DNA of 64,000 nt from Vulcanimicrobiota bacterium (GTDB lineage: Bacteria > Vulcanimicrobiota > Xenobia > Xenobiales > JADMJV01): assembly GCA_050250895.1 (NCBI GenBank), contig JBFWNU010000001.1, positions 256,001 through 320,000 of the forward strand, in the 5' to 3' direction. The notes beneath the pieces are model-generated. The model did not search any database, was not told where the DNA came from, and worked only from the letters and a program-made list of their open reading frames with translations. The position numbers were made by a program, and so were the translations under genes. Shown in pieces: positions 48,684 through 57,496 of the stretch; position 1 is the first letter of the stretch; every line of letters begins with the position of its first letter.

Positions 48684-49892
48684 TTAAATCAAAGGTCCAG
48701 CAAGATCCGCTTGAACCTCGAGCTGGTGGTCTCCGATGGTGACCACCTCTTCGCTCACGTCCAGGGCGGCCTCGGCCGCAGGGCGGGACCGGCGGCTCCA
48801 CACCTCGGAAAGAAGCTTGATTTCTTGAGGCTTGAGCTCGGCTCGCCAGGCCGCCTCACCCAGCCCAAGACGGGGCGAGACCCTCTCTAGCTTGGTCAGC
48901 ACGGGCTCCAGGGCCGCCGTCTGGCCCGCGTCAAGACCCAACGATTCGGCCTTGAGTTGCCGCAGAGCCGCGGCCAACGCGAATTGCGAGGCCTCGGGGT
49001 TGGCGGCATACTCCAGGCGGTCGAGGCGTTGTTCCCAGTTGGGATGCACGTACTTCCACTGCTCGAAGCGGCTGTGTCCTATCCGTCCCAACACCGCTCC
49101 GGCCGCTGCCGTGCCGGCCCCGGCTAAACCGGCGCCCAGCCAACCGGCGCCTAGAAGATGCGTGCCCACGCCCACGGCCAAACCGGCCCCCAGCGACAGT
49201 GGCCAGGTGTATTCGGCCAGCTTGCCCAGGGTCTCGATGCGGCGCTGCTCGACTTGCAGTCCGCTACGCAGACGCTCGAGCGGCCTCTGGGCCAACCCGC
49301 GCTGTTGAAACCATTGAAAGTCTTGCTCGAGCAGGCCAGCCTGGCGAGTATGATAAGGGCTGTTGTGAGCGCGGGCCGATTCGGCCAACTCAGCCACCGT
49401 GCCCGAGGTCTTGGACTTGACCGGCGGCCCTGGCGCGCCGGGGTGGTCGGCCAACACTTGCTCGACCTCGCCCAGAGCCTTCAGCTCCACCTCGGCCAAC
49501 TCGGCTGAATTCTTAGCCAGAACCGAAGCCCCCAGGCCGGCCATTGCGCCCACCCCAAACCCGGCAGTCCAAATCTCGGGTGCCCCCACGGCCCCGACGC
49601 CGTGGGGAAAGGCCGCAAAGGCCGCCAAAGAGCAGAGCCCCGCACCCACCATCATGGGCCAGCCGGGCTGGGTGGCCAGCACCTTGCCCAACCCCACCTT
49701 GAGGTTGCCAAGCCGGCGCATGGCTTGCAGGTCCTTGCCCGAATAGCTATCGAGCAGCAGGCTATTGACCACCAGGTCACGGGCCTGGCGAATCTGGCCG
49801 CGGTCTTCTAGAGCGGCCACCGAGGCCGCCAGACGCCGCTGGAAATCGGGCGCCTTGCGCTTAGCGTAGTATGGCTTGCTCGGAATCTGCAT
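48684..49892 (-). CDS. Orphan protein with two Gly-zipper-like TM hairpins and the shared C-terminal motif
   Basis: MQIPS start; GxxxG-rich hydrophobic segments; C-terminal AALDVSEEVVTIGDHQLEVQAD. Confidence 0.75.
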   Translation of the reverse strand: MQIPSKPYYAKRKAPDFQRRLAASVAALEDRGQIRQARDLVVNSLLLDSYSGKDLQAMRRLGNLKVGLGKVLATQPGWPMMVGAGLCSLAAFAAFPHGVGAVGAPEIWTAGFGVGAMAGLGASVLAKNSAELAEVELKALGEVEQVLADHPGAPGPPVKSKTSGTVAELAESARAHNSPYHTRQAGLLEQDFQWFQQRGLAQRPLERLRSGLQVEQRRIETLGKLAEYTWPLSLGAGLAVGVGTHLLGAGWLGAGLAGAGTAAAGAVLGRIGHSRFEQWKYVHPNWEQRLDRLEYAANPEASQFALAAALRQLKAESLGLDAGQTAALEPVLTKLERVSPRLGLGEAAWRAELKPQEIKLLSEVWSRRSRPAAEAALDVSEEVVTIGDHQLEVQADLAGPLI

Positions 49893-49950
49893 AGGGTTCG
49901 AGCAAGATGAGCCTTTTCAGACTAGCCGAGACCGCCTAAAAAACCTGACA

Positions 49951-50208
49951 TCATTTGCCGAACATCCTGGCCAAAAAGCCGCTCAGGCGCTGCCAGAAAG
50001 AGAGCGGTGCCTGGGCGGCCAGGGCTGCGTCGCGCTGGGCGATGAGGCGCTTGAGCAGGGTCTCGGGTACCCGCATGAAGTGCCCGCAGAACAAGCACTG
50101 GTGCTCAGCCCCACCGGCTAGTTCATCGAGGTCGAGGTCGGTGACGCGCTGACGGCAGTTGGGGCAGGCGGGTGCGGCCGCCAGATCCACTCGGGCGAGG
50201 CGTTCCAT
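49951..50208 (-). CDS. Small zinc-ribbon protein
   Basis: CPNC...CLFCG; GAGG RBS; amphipathic C-terminus SFWQRLSGFLARMFGK. Confidence 0.75.
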   Translation of the reverse strand: MERLARVDLAAAPACPNCRQRVTDLDLDELAGGAEHQCLFCGHFMRVPETLLKRLIAQRDAALAAQAPLSFWQRLSGFLARMFGK

Positions 50209-50230
50209 ACCTCTTTCTTCGCGATAGGCG

Positions 50231-51625
50231 CTAAGATTCCTGACCGACCATGGCCAGCAGGCGGTCGGCTACCCGCACGCCCGACTCGAGCGCCCCCTCC
50301 ATGAAGCCAGTGAAAGCCCGACTGGTATGCTCACCGGCGAAAAAAAGCCGGTCGAAAAGCCCATGATGGAGCACCGGTCCACAGGTGGTAACCTCTCCCA
50401 GGGCTCCCAGGGAATAGGCGCCGCCGGTGTAGCGGGCGGCCGGCCAGTTCATGAAACGACCTGCCCGCAACTTCGAGCCCAAATCAGCAAAGCGCGTGGC
50501 CAGCTGCTCGAGGTAGTACTCATCCAAGCTGGCCCGTCCAGCCGAGAGCACCCCGCTGGCGGCGGGGCCGCCTGAGAAGCAAACCATCGCTCCCGAGCGC
50601 CCCCAGGTGTAGGCAACCGGCCCGTCGCTCAGGCTGGTGGGATTGTCGATCTTGCCCTCGACATCGGCCAGATATTTGACCCCGGCTCCCAGTCGTGGAG
50701 CCAGTCCGGCCGGCAGGGCGGGGGCAAAGTCGATGGCGCTCCAGGTGGGCGGCGGCAAGGTCAGCACCACCTGTTCGCCTTCGAAGTTGCCGCGGCGCGT
50801 CTGGACCCGGCAGCCCCCCGAGGCGATCTGCACCTTCTCGACCACCGCGCCGGTGACCACTTTCAACTCGCGGGCCAGGGCCAGAGACAGGGCCTGAGTG
50901 CCCTGGCGACAGACATGGGTTTCGCTGTCGGTGTGAAAGCTCTCGAGGCCTCCACCTTTGATCAGAGCCAGCATCTGCAGCAAGCTCAGCTCCTCGAGCG
51001 AGCCGACATCGTCGCTCTCGAGGCTGGCTTTGAGAATAGCGCGAGCCAGCGGAGAAAGCTCGTGCTGATCAAGCCAGGCACCCACGCTGCGGTGGTCAAG
51101 CTCGTGGGCCTGAGGCGAGCGCCAGGGCTCGATCGCGTCGATACCGGCGGCCAGGGGATAGAGCCCCGCCAGCACCTCGTCTGCCTCTTCATAGGCCGCC
51201 TCTGCCTCTTTGTCCTCGAGAATGCGCCCCTGAAACTCGAAGCGCTCGGCTTCTTCGCTCAACTCGTCGAGGTCTAAACCGAATCGGCGGGCATACTGCC
51301 ACCAGTGAGGATGATTGAGCCCAACCAGCTCGGCGCCCCCTTCGACCACGCCGCCCCGCGCAAAGTTCGTGAACGACCAGGTGCGCCCGCCCAACCGCTG
51401 GCGCGCTTCGAGCACGGTGACCTCGAAGCCGGCCTGCTGCAGCCGGTCGGCGCAGGCCAGACCCGACAGGCCGGCACCCAGCACCAACACTTTGCGACGC
51501 TTGGCGGCCCGGGCCGGGGCCCGCACCAGGAGGCCCGCTCCCAGGCCCAAAGAAAGCTGTAGAAAGCGTCGACGGGTGAAGCGGCGATGGCGGCATTCGA
51601 ACCGCTGGGCCAGACGGCTGAACAT
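50231..51625 (-). CDS. Flavin monoamine/amino-acid oxidase family, Tat-exported
   Basis: TRRRFLQ signal; GAGLSGL, EAR.RLGGR, EGGAE, FAGEHT...GFMEGALESG. Confidence 0.92.
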   Translation of the reverse strand: MFSRLAQRFECRHRRFTRRRFLQLSLGLGAGLLVRAPARAAKRRKVLVLGAGLSGLACADRLQQAGFEVTVLEARQRLGGRTWSFTNFARGGVVEGGAELVGLNHPHWWQYARRFGLDLDELSEEAERFEFQGRILEDKEAEAAYEEADEVLAGLYPLAAGIDAIEPWRSPQAHELDHRSVGAWLDQHELSPLARAILKASLESDDVGSLEELSLLQMLALIKGGGLESFHTDSETHVCRQGTQALSLALARELKVVTGAVVEKVQIASGGCRVQTRRGNFEGEQVVLTLPPPTWSAIDFAPALPAGLAPRLGAGVKYLADVEGKIDNPTSLSDGPVAYTWGRSGAMVCFSGGPAASGVLSAGRASLDEYYLEQLATRFADLGSKLRAGRFMNWPAARYTGGAYSLGALGEVTTCGPVLHHGLFDRLFFAGEHTSRAFTGFMEGALESGVRVADRLLAMVGQES

Positions 51626-51679
51626 GGACTACCCTTCGTGCTCAGCCGGAAAAACCCCATCCCTGTGGAACAGTTGCCT

Positions 51680-52477
51680 ATGGGACTCGACGCCACCGTG
51701 ATGTGTCGCTGCTATCAAGACGGCCTGTGCCAGCCGTTTCCCGGGGCCTTCTTCGATGAGGAGGGTTATCTCACCGTGCCCGAGGGCGACTTCGCGGCCT
51801 TTGATGATTGGCTATCCTCGGCTTGTCCCCACCCCGGCATGGAGCTGGTCTGCGAGCGCGTCTCGAACTGGGCAGGCTACCGCTGCTTTCAACAGGCTCT
51901 CGGGCGCACCGGGTGGGAGAACTATCCCACCCTGGCCGAACATCTGCCCAACGCCAACGGCGGTCAACTGCCGGCCCGGGCAGCCCGAGCCGCGCTCGAA
52001 GAGCTCCTCTACTTTCGCGATCTGCCCGAGGTGGGCCTCAACGTGTGCCTGTTCGAGACCGCCAGCGATGAGGTCATTCAGGAACGCGTGGTCGGTTATG
52101 ACGGCAAATTCGTGCTGGGGGGCCGCACCGGCTATGACATCGGCCTCGATAACGAAACCGTCTTCATCGAGCGACGCGAGACCGGCGAGGTGGTCTTTCA
52201 GGCCGCCCGGGTCGGCCAGAAGGTCAAGACCGATCGCAACGGTGAGGTCGTCTCGGCCGAACTGACCGACCTGGGCAGCGGCACGGTCTGGCGGGGCCCG
52301 CTGGCCATCCCGGGGTTCGTGCGCCAGATCGGCAAGCTCTGGCGCAGCACCTATCCCGAAGCCCTCCATGTGGAGCGTCGCCTGGAGGTGCCGGCCGACT
52401 ATGCCTACGCCACCGACGCCCTGGTGCGCCTCTTCGAGGCCTCGATCCAGACCAGCAACCCCGTCCGCTGGTGCTAG
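51680..52477 (+). CDS. Conserved-looking hypothetical protein (Cys-containing)
   Basis: MGLDATVMCRC...ACPHPGM...LP.ANGG...NPVRWC; strong GC3 bias. Confidence 0.75.
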   Translation: MGLDATVMCRCYQDGLCQPFPGAFFDEEGYLTVPEGDFAAFDDWLSSACPHPGMELVCERVSNWAGYRCFQQALGRTGWENYPTLAEHLPNANGGQLPARAARAALEELLYFRDLPEVGLNVCLFETASDEVIQERVVGYDGKFVLGGRTGYDIGLDNETVFIERRETGEVVFQAARVGQKVKTDRNGEVVSAELTDLGSGTVWRGPLAIPGFVRQIGKLWRSTYPEALHVERRLEVPADYAYATDALVRLFEASIQTSNPVRWC

Positions 52478-52553
52478 TCGAAAGTTAACATTCCGCTAAC
52501 ACAATCAGGCCGATTTCCAATTCTGTCCATCGGCTGTGGGTTAGGCTGGGAGT

Positions 52554-52640
52554 ATGAAAAGTCACCACGAAGCCCTCAAAGATCTCGCTCTAGCCCTCGA
52601 ACAGCTCTTCGGAACGATCCCCGAAGACAGCGTTCTTTAG
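52554..52640 (+). CDS. Putative 28-aa leaderless small protein
   Basis: TAGGCT-N6-ATG; MKSHHEALKDLALALEQLFGTIPEDSVL. Confidence 0.5.
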   Translation: MKSHHEALKDLALALEQLFGTIPEDSVL

Positions 52641-52795
52641 ATATACGATATACCCGGCCGGCTCGACCGGCCGCGACCACCAAGCCCGCACGGAGCCAGC
52701 CCGTGCGGGCTCGACTTTGTACGGGGGTTGGGCCAACCGCGGGGTTCCGGCAGAGGTCACGGATGGACCAAGGCGATCAGGAGAGGGGTGCCCTT

Positions 52796-53089
52796 GGCGC
52801 TCTCGATGATTGAAACCGCCGAGCCGCGAAGGCGCCGAGGGGGACGTGTCTCTCGAGGGGTGAGCACTCCAATGGGGAACGAGGGGGGCGGAATTTTTTG
52901 GAAGCGGACGGGGGAGGCCAGCGCGGCATCGTGCGAGCCCCACCTGGACCCACCACGCGCCTCCATCCCAAATTCGACCAGCCAGCCGTTCCAGGCCGCG
53001 CCCACCGACCTTCAGCACGCCACTACGCAGCAGCGCCAGATAAGAATCTCCGCGTCTCGGCGACCTCGGCGGTTTTTACGACGAGCGCC
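52796..53089. repeat. Imperfect inverted repeat pair (REP/MITE-like)
   Basis: GGCGCTC (52796) and AAACCGCCGAG (52813-52823) pair with CTCGGCGGTTT (53065-53075) and GAGCGCC (53083-53089). Confidence 0.55.
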
Positions 53090-53338
53090 TCTCGAGATGC
53101 ATTTGCTTATCTCAGGCTTTGGACCGAATCGCAGGGCTGGACCGGCGGGCGAGCAGGCCGGGGTGAGGCCGCCCGGGTGGCGCAGCCGCCCCAGAGTTAC
53201 GACGCGGAGCGTCGACTAACCCAAGACCTCGAGGTGAGCCTAAGCGAACCTCGCCCCCTGTCGGCCGCAGGCCGAAGTCTCCGCGGCGAAGCCACGCGGC
53301 TTCTTCTCCCGACGACGCAGTCGTCGCTCCCCCAAGCC

Positions 53339-54319
53339 TCAAGCTGCTTTCGAGCCAGAGCCTTTGGAAAGCTCGTTGTAGGCCCGACCGACTCCGCTGT
53401 GCCAGTTGGGATCGGTGGCCCAGCCGGCCTTGTTGACCGCCGACAACTGCGAAGCGATGGGAGCCTTGGCGTTCGAGCCGCCCTTCTCGCGAAGGTTGGC
53501 GAAGGTTTCGGCCCCGGCGTAAATCTGCTGGACGGCGCCATCCCACTGCCTGGGCGTGCTGGGGCTACTGTCGTAGGCGCCCACGCCGAGCATCTTGTCG
53601 AGACCCACGCCCAGGGCGCCAAAGCCGGTCTCGTGCTTGCCAATGGCGGCCAGCGCCAGCGGATCCACGTCGTATTTGCGACCGGCCGCGACAAACTGGG
53701 CCCCCAGACCTTTACCGGCCGCCGGCGTTCCGGCTAGCTTGCCCTCAATGAACTGAGCCAGCTTTTTGTCGTCCCCGGCTAGCTTGGGCGGCAGAGCGTT
53801 GACCTGACCCCCAGACGAGGAAGGCGCCGAACCACCCGAGTCGGGAGTCGAACCGCCCCCGGAAGGAGCCGCTCCACCCCCGGAGGGAGCCGACCCGCCA
53901 CCACTCGAGGGAGCATAGCCGCCACCCGAGCCTGCGCCCGAAGAAGGCGAATAACCGCCGCCCGAACCGGCTCCGGCCGAGGGCGTCTGACCGCCGGTCA
54001 TCTGAGCCAGTTGGGCCAGCAGCGCCTCGATCTCTTGAGTGAGAGACTTCATGGCTCCGCGGTCACCCGAGGCCTGGGCCTGGGCCAGTTGTGAGAGCAC
54101 TTGCTCGATTTCTTTCTGGAGCTGCTCGAGTGGGTCCTGGCTCAGCCAATCGCTAAGCGCGTTGACCAATGGAACCTGAGGAGTCTCCAGTTCGGTCGCC
54201 TCGGGCGAGAGGGTAGCCAGGTCCCCCATCGGGGTGGCAGCCAGTGGATTGGCGAACGGCCCGGGGTTGGTCGGGTCTAACAAATTCGAGAAGCTGGGTG
54301 AGGTAAGCGGGTTCATCAT
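53339..54319 (-). CDS. Protein with coiled coil, Gly/Ser linker and C-terminal lysozyme-like (glucosaminidase/SLT-type) domain
   Basis: KY.VDP..LAAI..HETGFG (catalytic Glu helix) and WATDPNW..GV; repeated GGG(Y/S)(A/S)PS linker. Confidence 0.75.
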   Translation of the reverse strand: MMNPLTSPSFSNLLDPTNPGPFANPLAATPMGDLATLSPEATELETPQVPLVNALSDWLSQDPLEQLQKEIEQVLSQLAQAQASGDRGAMKSLTQEIEALLAQLAQMTGGQTPSAGAGSGGGYSPSSGAGSGGGYAPSSGGGSAPSGGGAAPSGGGSTPDSGGSAPSSSGGQVNALPPKLAGDDKKLAQFIEGKLAGTPAAGKGLGAQFVAAGRKYDVDPLALAAIGKHETGFGALGVGLDKMLGVGAYDSSPSTPRQWDGAVQQIYAGAETFANLREKGGSNAKAPIASQLSAVNKAGWATDPNWHSGVGRAYNELSKGSGSKAA

Positions 54320-54442
54320 GCTCTCAGTCTATTAAGGAACTCTAAAGTGAGAGCGGAGAGAAGCTTGGAATTGTTACAGTAGCATTAAATCCGTGTTACC
54401 GATTTAGGCAACCTGAAAGGCCTTGGCCCGGCGCCGCCTGCC

Positions 54443-54496
54443 AAAAGGAAGAGGGCCGCCGCAGCGACCCTCTACCGTCTGACGACCACCGTCTGA
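54443..54496 (-). terminator. Terminator of pruA preceded by the TCAGACGGT tandem motif
   Basis: Minus strand: TCAGACGGTGGTCG-TCAGACGGT-AGAGGGTCGC-TGCG-GCGGCCCTCT-TCCTTTT. Confidence 0.75.
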
Positions 54497-54499
54497 AGG

Positions 54500-56182
54500 C
54501 TACTCTTCGTCGAGGAAAGAGTAACGATAGTTGGTGACCGGCGTGAAGGTCTCTTTGACGGTGCGGGGCGAGACCCAGCGCAGCAAGTTGAGGATGCTGC
54601 CGGCCTTGTCGTTGGTGCCAGAGCCGCGGGCGCCGCCGAAGGGTTGCTGCCCGACCACCGCGCCGGTCGGCTTGTCGTTGATGTAGAAGTTGCCGGCCGC
54701 GTTGCGAAGCACATTGGAAGCCTGGAGAATGGCCGTGCGCTCGCGAGCGAAGATGGCTCCGGTCAGGGCGTAGGGGCTGGTCTGGTCGCACAACTGCAGC
54801 ACCTCGTCGAACTGGTTGTCGGGGTAGACATAGACGGTCAGGACCGGGCCGAAGATCTCCTCTTCCATCAACTTGAAGCGAGGATTGCTGGTCTTGATCA
54901 GGGTGGGCTCGACGAAGTAGCCCTCCGAGTCGTCACACTTGCCGCCGGCCAGAATCTCGGCTTCGTTGGACGAGCGAGCGAACTCGATGTAGCCTTTGAT
55001 ACGGTCGAAGGCCGAGCGGTCGATGACCGCGCCCATGAAGTTGCGGAAGTCGCGAACATCGCCCATCTTGATGGTCTTGATCTCGTCCACCAGGCGGTCG
55101 CCCATGGCTTTCCAGACGCTCTCGGCGATGTAGGCGCGCGAGGCGGCCGAGCACTTCTGACCCTGGAACTCGAAGGCTCCCCGGACCAGGTTGGCGGTCA
55201 GTGCCTCGACCTCGGCCGTCGGGTGAGCCACCACGAAGTCCTTGCCGCCCGTCTCGCCGACGATGCGGGGATAGGTGCGATAGTTGGCGATGTTGGCGCC
55301 AATCTGGCCCCACATCGACTGGAAGACTTCGGTCGAGCCGGTGAAGTGCAGGCCGGCCAGGTTGCGGTTGGCGATGGCCGGGTCTCCCACGTTCGAGCCC
55401 GAGCCGGGAACCAGGTTGATCACCCCGGCCGGCAGACCCGCTTCTTCGAGGATCTGCATGATGTAGTGAGCCGAATAGATGGCGCTCGAGGCCGGCTTCC
55501 ACACCACCACGTTGCCGAGCATGGCCGGACAGGTAGGCAGATTGCCGGCGATGGCGGTGAAGTTGAAGGGAGTCACCGCGAACACGAATCCCTCCAGCGG
55601 ACGATGCTCGAGGCGGTTCCACATGCCGGCCGACGACATCGGCTGCTCCTGGAACAGGCGACCCATGAAGCTGACGTTGAAGCGCAAGAAGTCGATCAGC
55701 TCGCAAGCCGAGTCGATTTCGGCCTGGTGGGCCGTCTTGCTCTGACCGAGCATAGTGGCTCCGTTGAGCACCGGGCGCATCCGGGTCGAGAGAATCTCGG
55801 CCGCGCGCAGGAAGATGGCCGCGCGCTCGCCCCAGGGCATAGCCGCCCAGGCGGGTTGGGCCGCCATGGCTGCCTCGACGGCCTGGTCGACGTGCTCCTT
55901 GCTGGCTTTGTGATAGCGACCGAGCAGATGGCCGTGGGCGTGGGGCATCCGCATGTCGCCGGTGCTGCCGGTGGTAACCTTCTTGCCGCCGATCACCAGC
56001 GGAACCTCGATCTCTTCGCCCGCCATGCGCTTGAGGGCGGCTTTGAGTTCCTTCTTGGCAGCCGTGCCGGGGGCGTAAGTATTCACGGTCTCGTTGTGGG
56101 GGTTGGGGGTCATGAACACCCCGTTGCCGGCTGGAAAGGTGGACACGGCGGCACCCTGGGTGGGAGCAGTCATGGTTTGCAT
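54500..56182 (-). CDS. pruA: L-glutamate gamma-semialdehyde (P5C) dehydrogenase
   Basis: QAEIDSACELIDF, TPFNFTAI, FTGST, GETGGKDF, FEFQGQKCSA, EEIFGP, GNFYINDKPTGAVVGQQPFGG. Confidence 0.96.
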   Translation of the reverse strand: MQTMTAPTQGAAVSTFPAGNGVFMTPNPHNETVNTYAPGTAAKKELKAALKRMAGEEIEVPLVIGGKKVTTGSTGDMRMPHAHGHLLGRYHKASKEHVDQAVEAAMAAQPAWAAMPWGERAAIFLRAAEILSTRMRPVLNGATMLGQSKTAHQAEIDSACELIDFLRFNVSFMGRLFQEQPMSSAGMWNRLEHRPLEGFVFAVTPFNFTAIAGNLPTCPAMLGNVVVWKPASSAIYSAHYIMQILEEAGLPAGVINLVPGSGSNVGDPAIANRNLAGLHFTGSTEVFQSMWGQIGANIANYRTYPRIVGETGGKDFVVAHPTAEVEALTANLVRGAFEFQGQKCSAASRAYIAESVWKAMGDRLVDEIKTIKMGDVRDFRNFMGAVIDRSAFDRIKGYIEFARSSNEAEILAGGKCDDSEGYFVEPTLIKTSNPRFKLMEEEIFGPVLTVYVYPDNQFDEVLQLCDQTSPYALTGAIFARERTAILQASNVLRNAAGNFYINDKPTGAVVGQQPFGGARGSGTNDKAGSILNLLRWVSPRTVKETFTPVTNYRYSFLDEE

Positions 56183-56268
56183 TAAGATCCTCCGAAAGCT
56201 TTGTCTCTAGTGGTTCTACCCGACACGAACCGGTCCAAACGGAGGAGCCGGATCAACTGGGGGCAGAG

Positions 56269-57411
56269 TTAACCCCACTGCTGGGCCCACAGCCGGGAAT
56301 TGGCGGGGAAGCGAGTCTGAAACTCTCTCTCGAAGTCTTCGAAGGTCGGGTCGTTGTGGGCTTTATAGACCGCCTGGAGCATCTGGATGAGCTCACCATG
56401 GCCAACCGCCTCGCCCAGTTGATGAAGGACGAGAGGTCCCTGATAATAGGCGCCCAGCGGATTCTCTTCGAGAGTGGCGTGAGCCACGGGTTTCGAGTTC
56501 GCCCTGGCCATACGTTCAAAGAACGCCAACAGGACCGGGGCCTGGATGGGGAACTCCTCGGCCACGACTCGCCAGGCGAGATATTGAGGAATCCCCTCCA
56601 CCATCCAGCCATCGTGGCCCAAATACCGCAGGCCAAACCAGAAGTGGCTGATTTCGTGGGCAATCACGAGGCGCCGGAGGGGTTCTACCAGTTCGGGGCC
56701 GCTTTCCGGACCCAGGGCGCGGTGGTCGACCGCGGCTCCCAGGGCTGTGCGCGAGTAGAGAATCAAGTTCCCGCTAGGAGTGCCCGAGATCTGGGTGTTT
56801 CCTCCCCGCCCGATGGCTCCAACCTTGATGGTCTCCAATCCCAACGGACCGAACCGTTCTTCCAACCAGCTGGTGGAGTCGACGATCCAATCCAAATACT
56901 TCGGCTCGTAGTCGAAGTCCAATGGAAAGACAAACTGGAACCGGCCCCTGGCGAAGGGTGGAGCCAGGCGCGCGACCTGAAAGACCAGGCCTTGAGATTG
57001 TGGAACGGTTGGATCCGAGATGAGTGCCGCGTAGCCGTCGGGCAACTCGAAGTCAACCTCGTAGAGAGCAGCCGGAACCTCAAGCTCTGGTTGAAGACCC
57101 ACCCGGGTCAGGCAATAGATTTCGTCGCCGGTCGCCTGGCAGCGAGGGTGGTCGACCCGGCTGGTCCCAGCCAACGAGAACTCCCTGAGGTCGGCCGGTA
57201 GCACCTCGGGGAGTCCATACTCCTGTCCCTCTTGCGTCAGCAGCCGGAGAGGTGGATGATGGGCTGGCAAGACGACGGTTCCCCGAATCGCAAAGGTCGT
57301 CGTCGCGAGACTTTGGGGCCGGACTCTCAGCCTGAAAATCGGCCACTCGTCAGCCACCCCGGAACCCACCAACACCAAAACGAGACAAAACGTCGCGAGC
57401 CACCTGTTCAT
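56269..57411 (-). CDS. Secreted M1-like (gluzincin) zinc peptidase, short form
   Basis: Signal peptide from ATG 57411; IAHEISHFWFG...WMVEG; YYQGPLVL..L. Confidence 0.82.
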   Translation of the reverse strand: MNRWLATFCLVLVLVGSGVADEWPIFRLRVRPQSLATTTFAIRGTVVLPAHHPPLRLLTQEGQEYGLPEVLPADLREFSLAGTSRVDHPRCQATGDEIYCLTRVGLQPELEVPAALYEVDFELPDGYAALISDPTVPQSQGLVFQVARLAPPFARGRFQFVFPLDFDYEPKYLDWIVDSTSWLEERFGPLGLETIKVGAIGRGGNTQISGTPSGNLILYSRTALGAAVDHRALGPESGPELVEPLRRLVIAHEISHFWFGLRYLGHDGWMVEGIPQYLAWRVVAEEFPIQAPVLLAFFERMARANSKPVAHATLEENPLGAYYQGPLVLHQLGEAVGHGELIQMLQAVYKAHNDPTFEDFEREFQTRFPANSRLWAQQWG

Positions 57412-57496
57412 CGCCACGGCTTCGCCGTGCGGAGCCTGTGTCCCCAGGCAAAAAGCGGGAAGGAAAGATTTACCGACCGCTGGCGACGGGTGGCCT

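Noticed and set aside
53820-53990. GC-rich near-tandem DNA repeats
   Set aside because: Explained by the Gly/Ser linker of the 53339..54319 protein.
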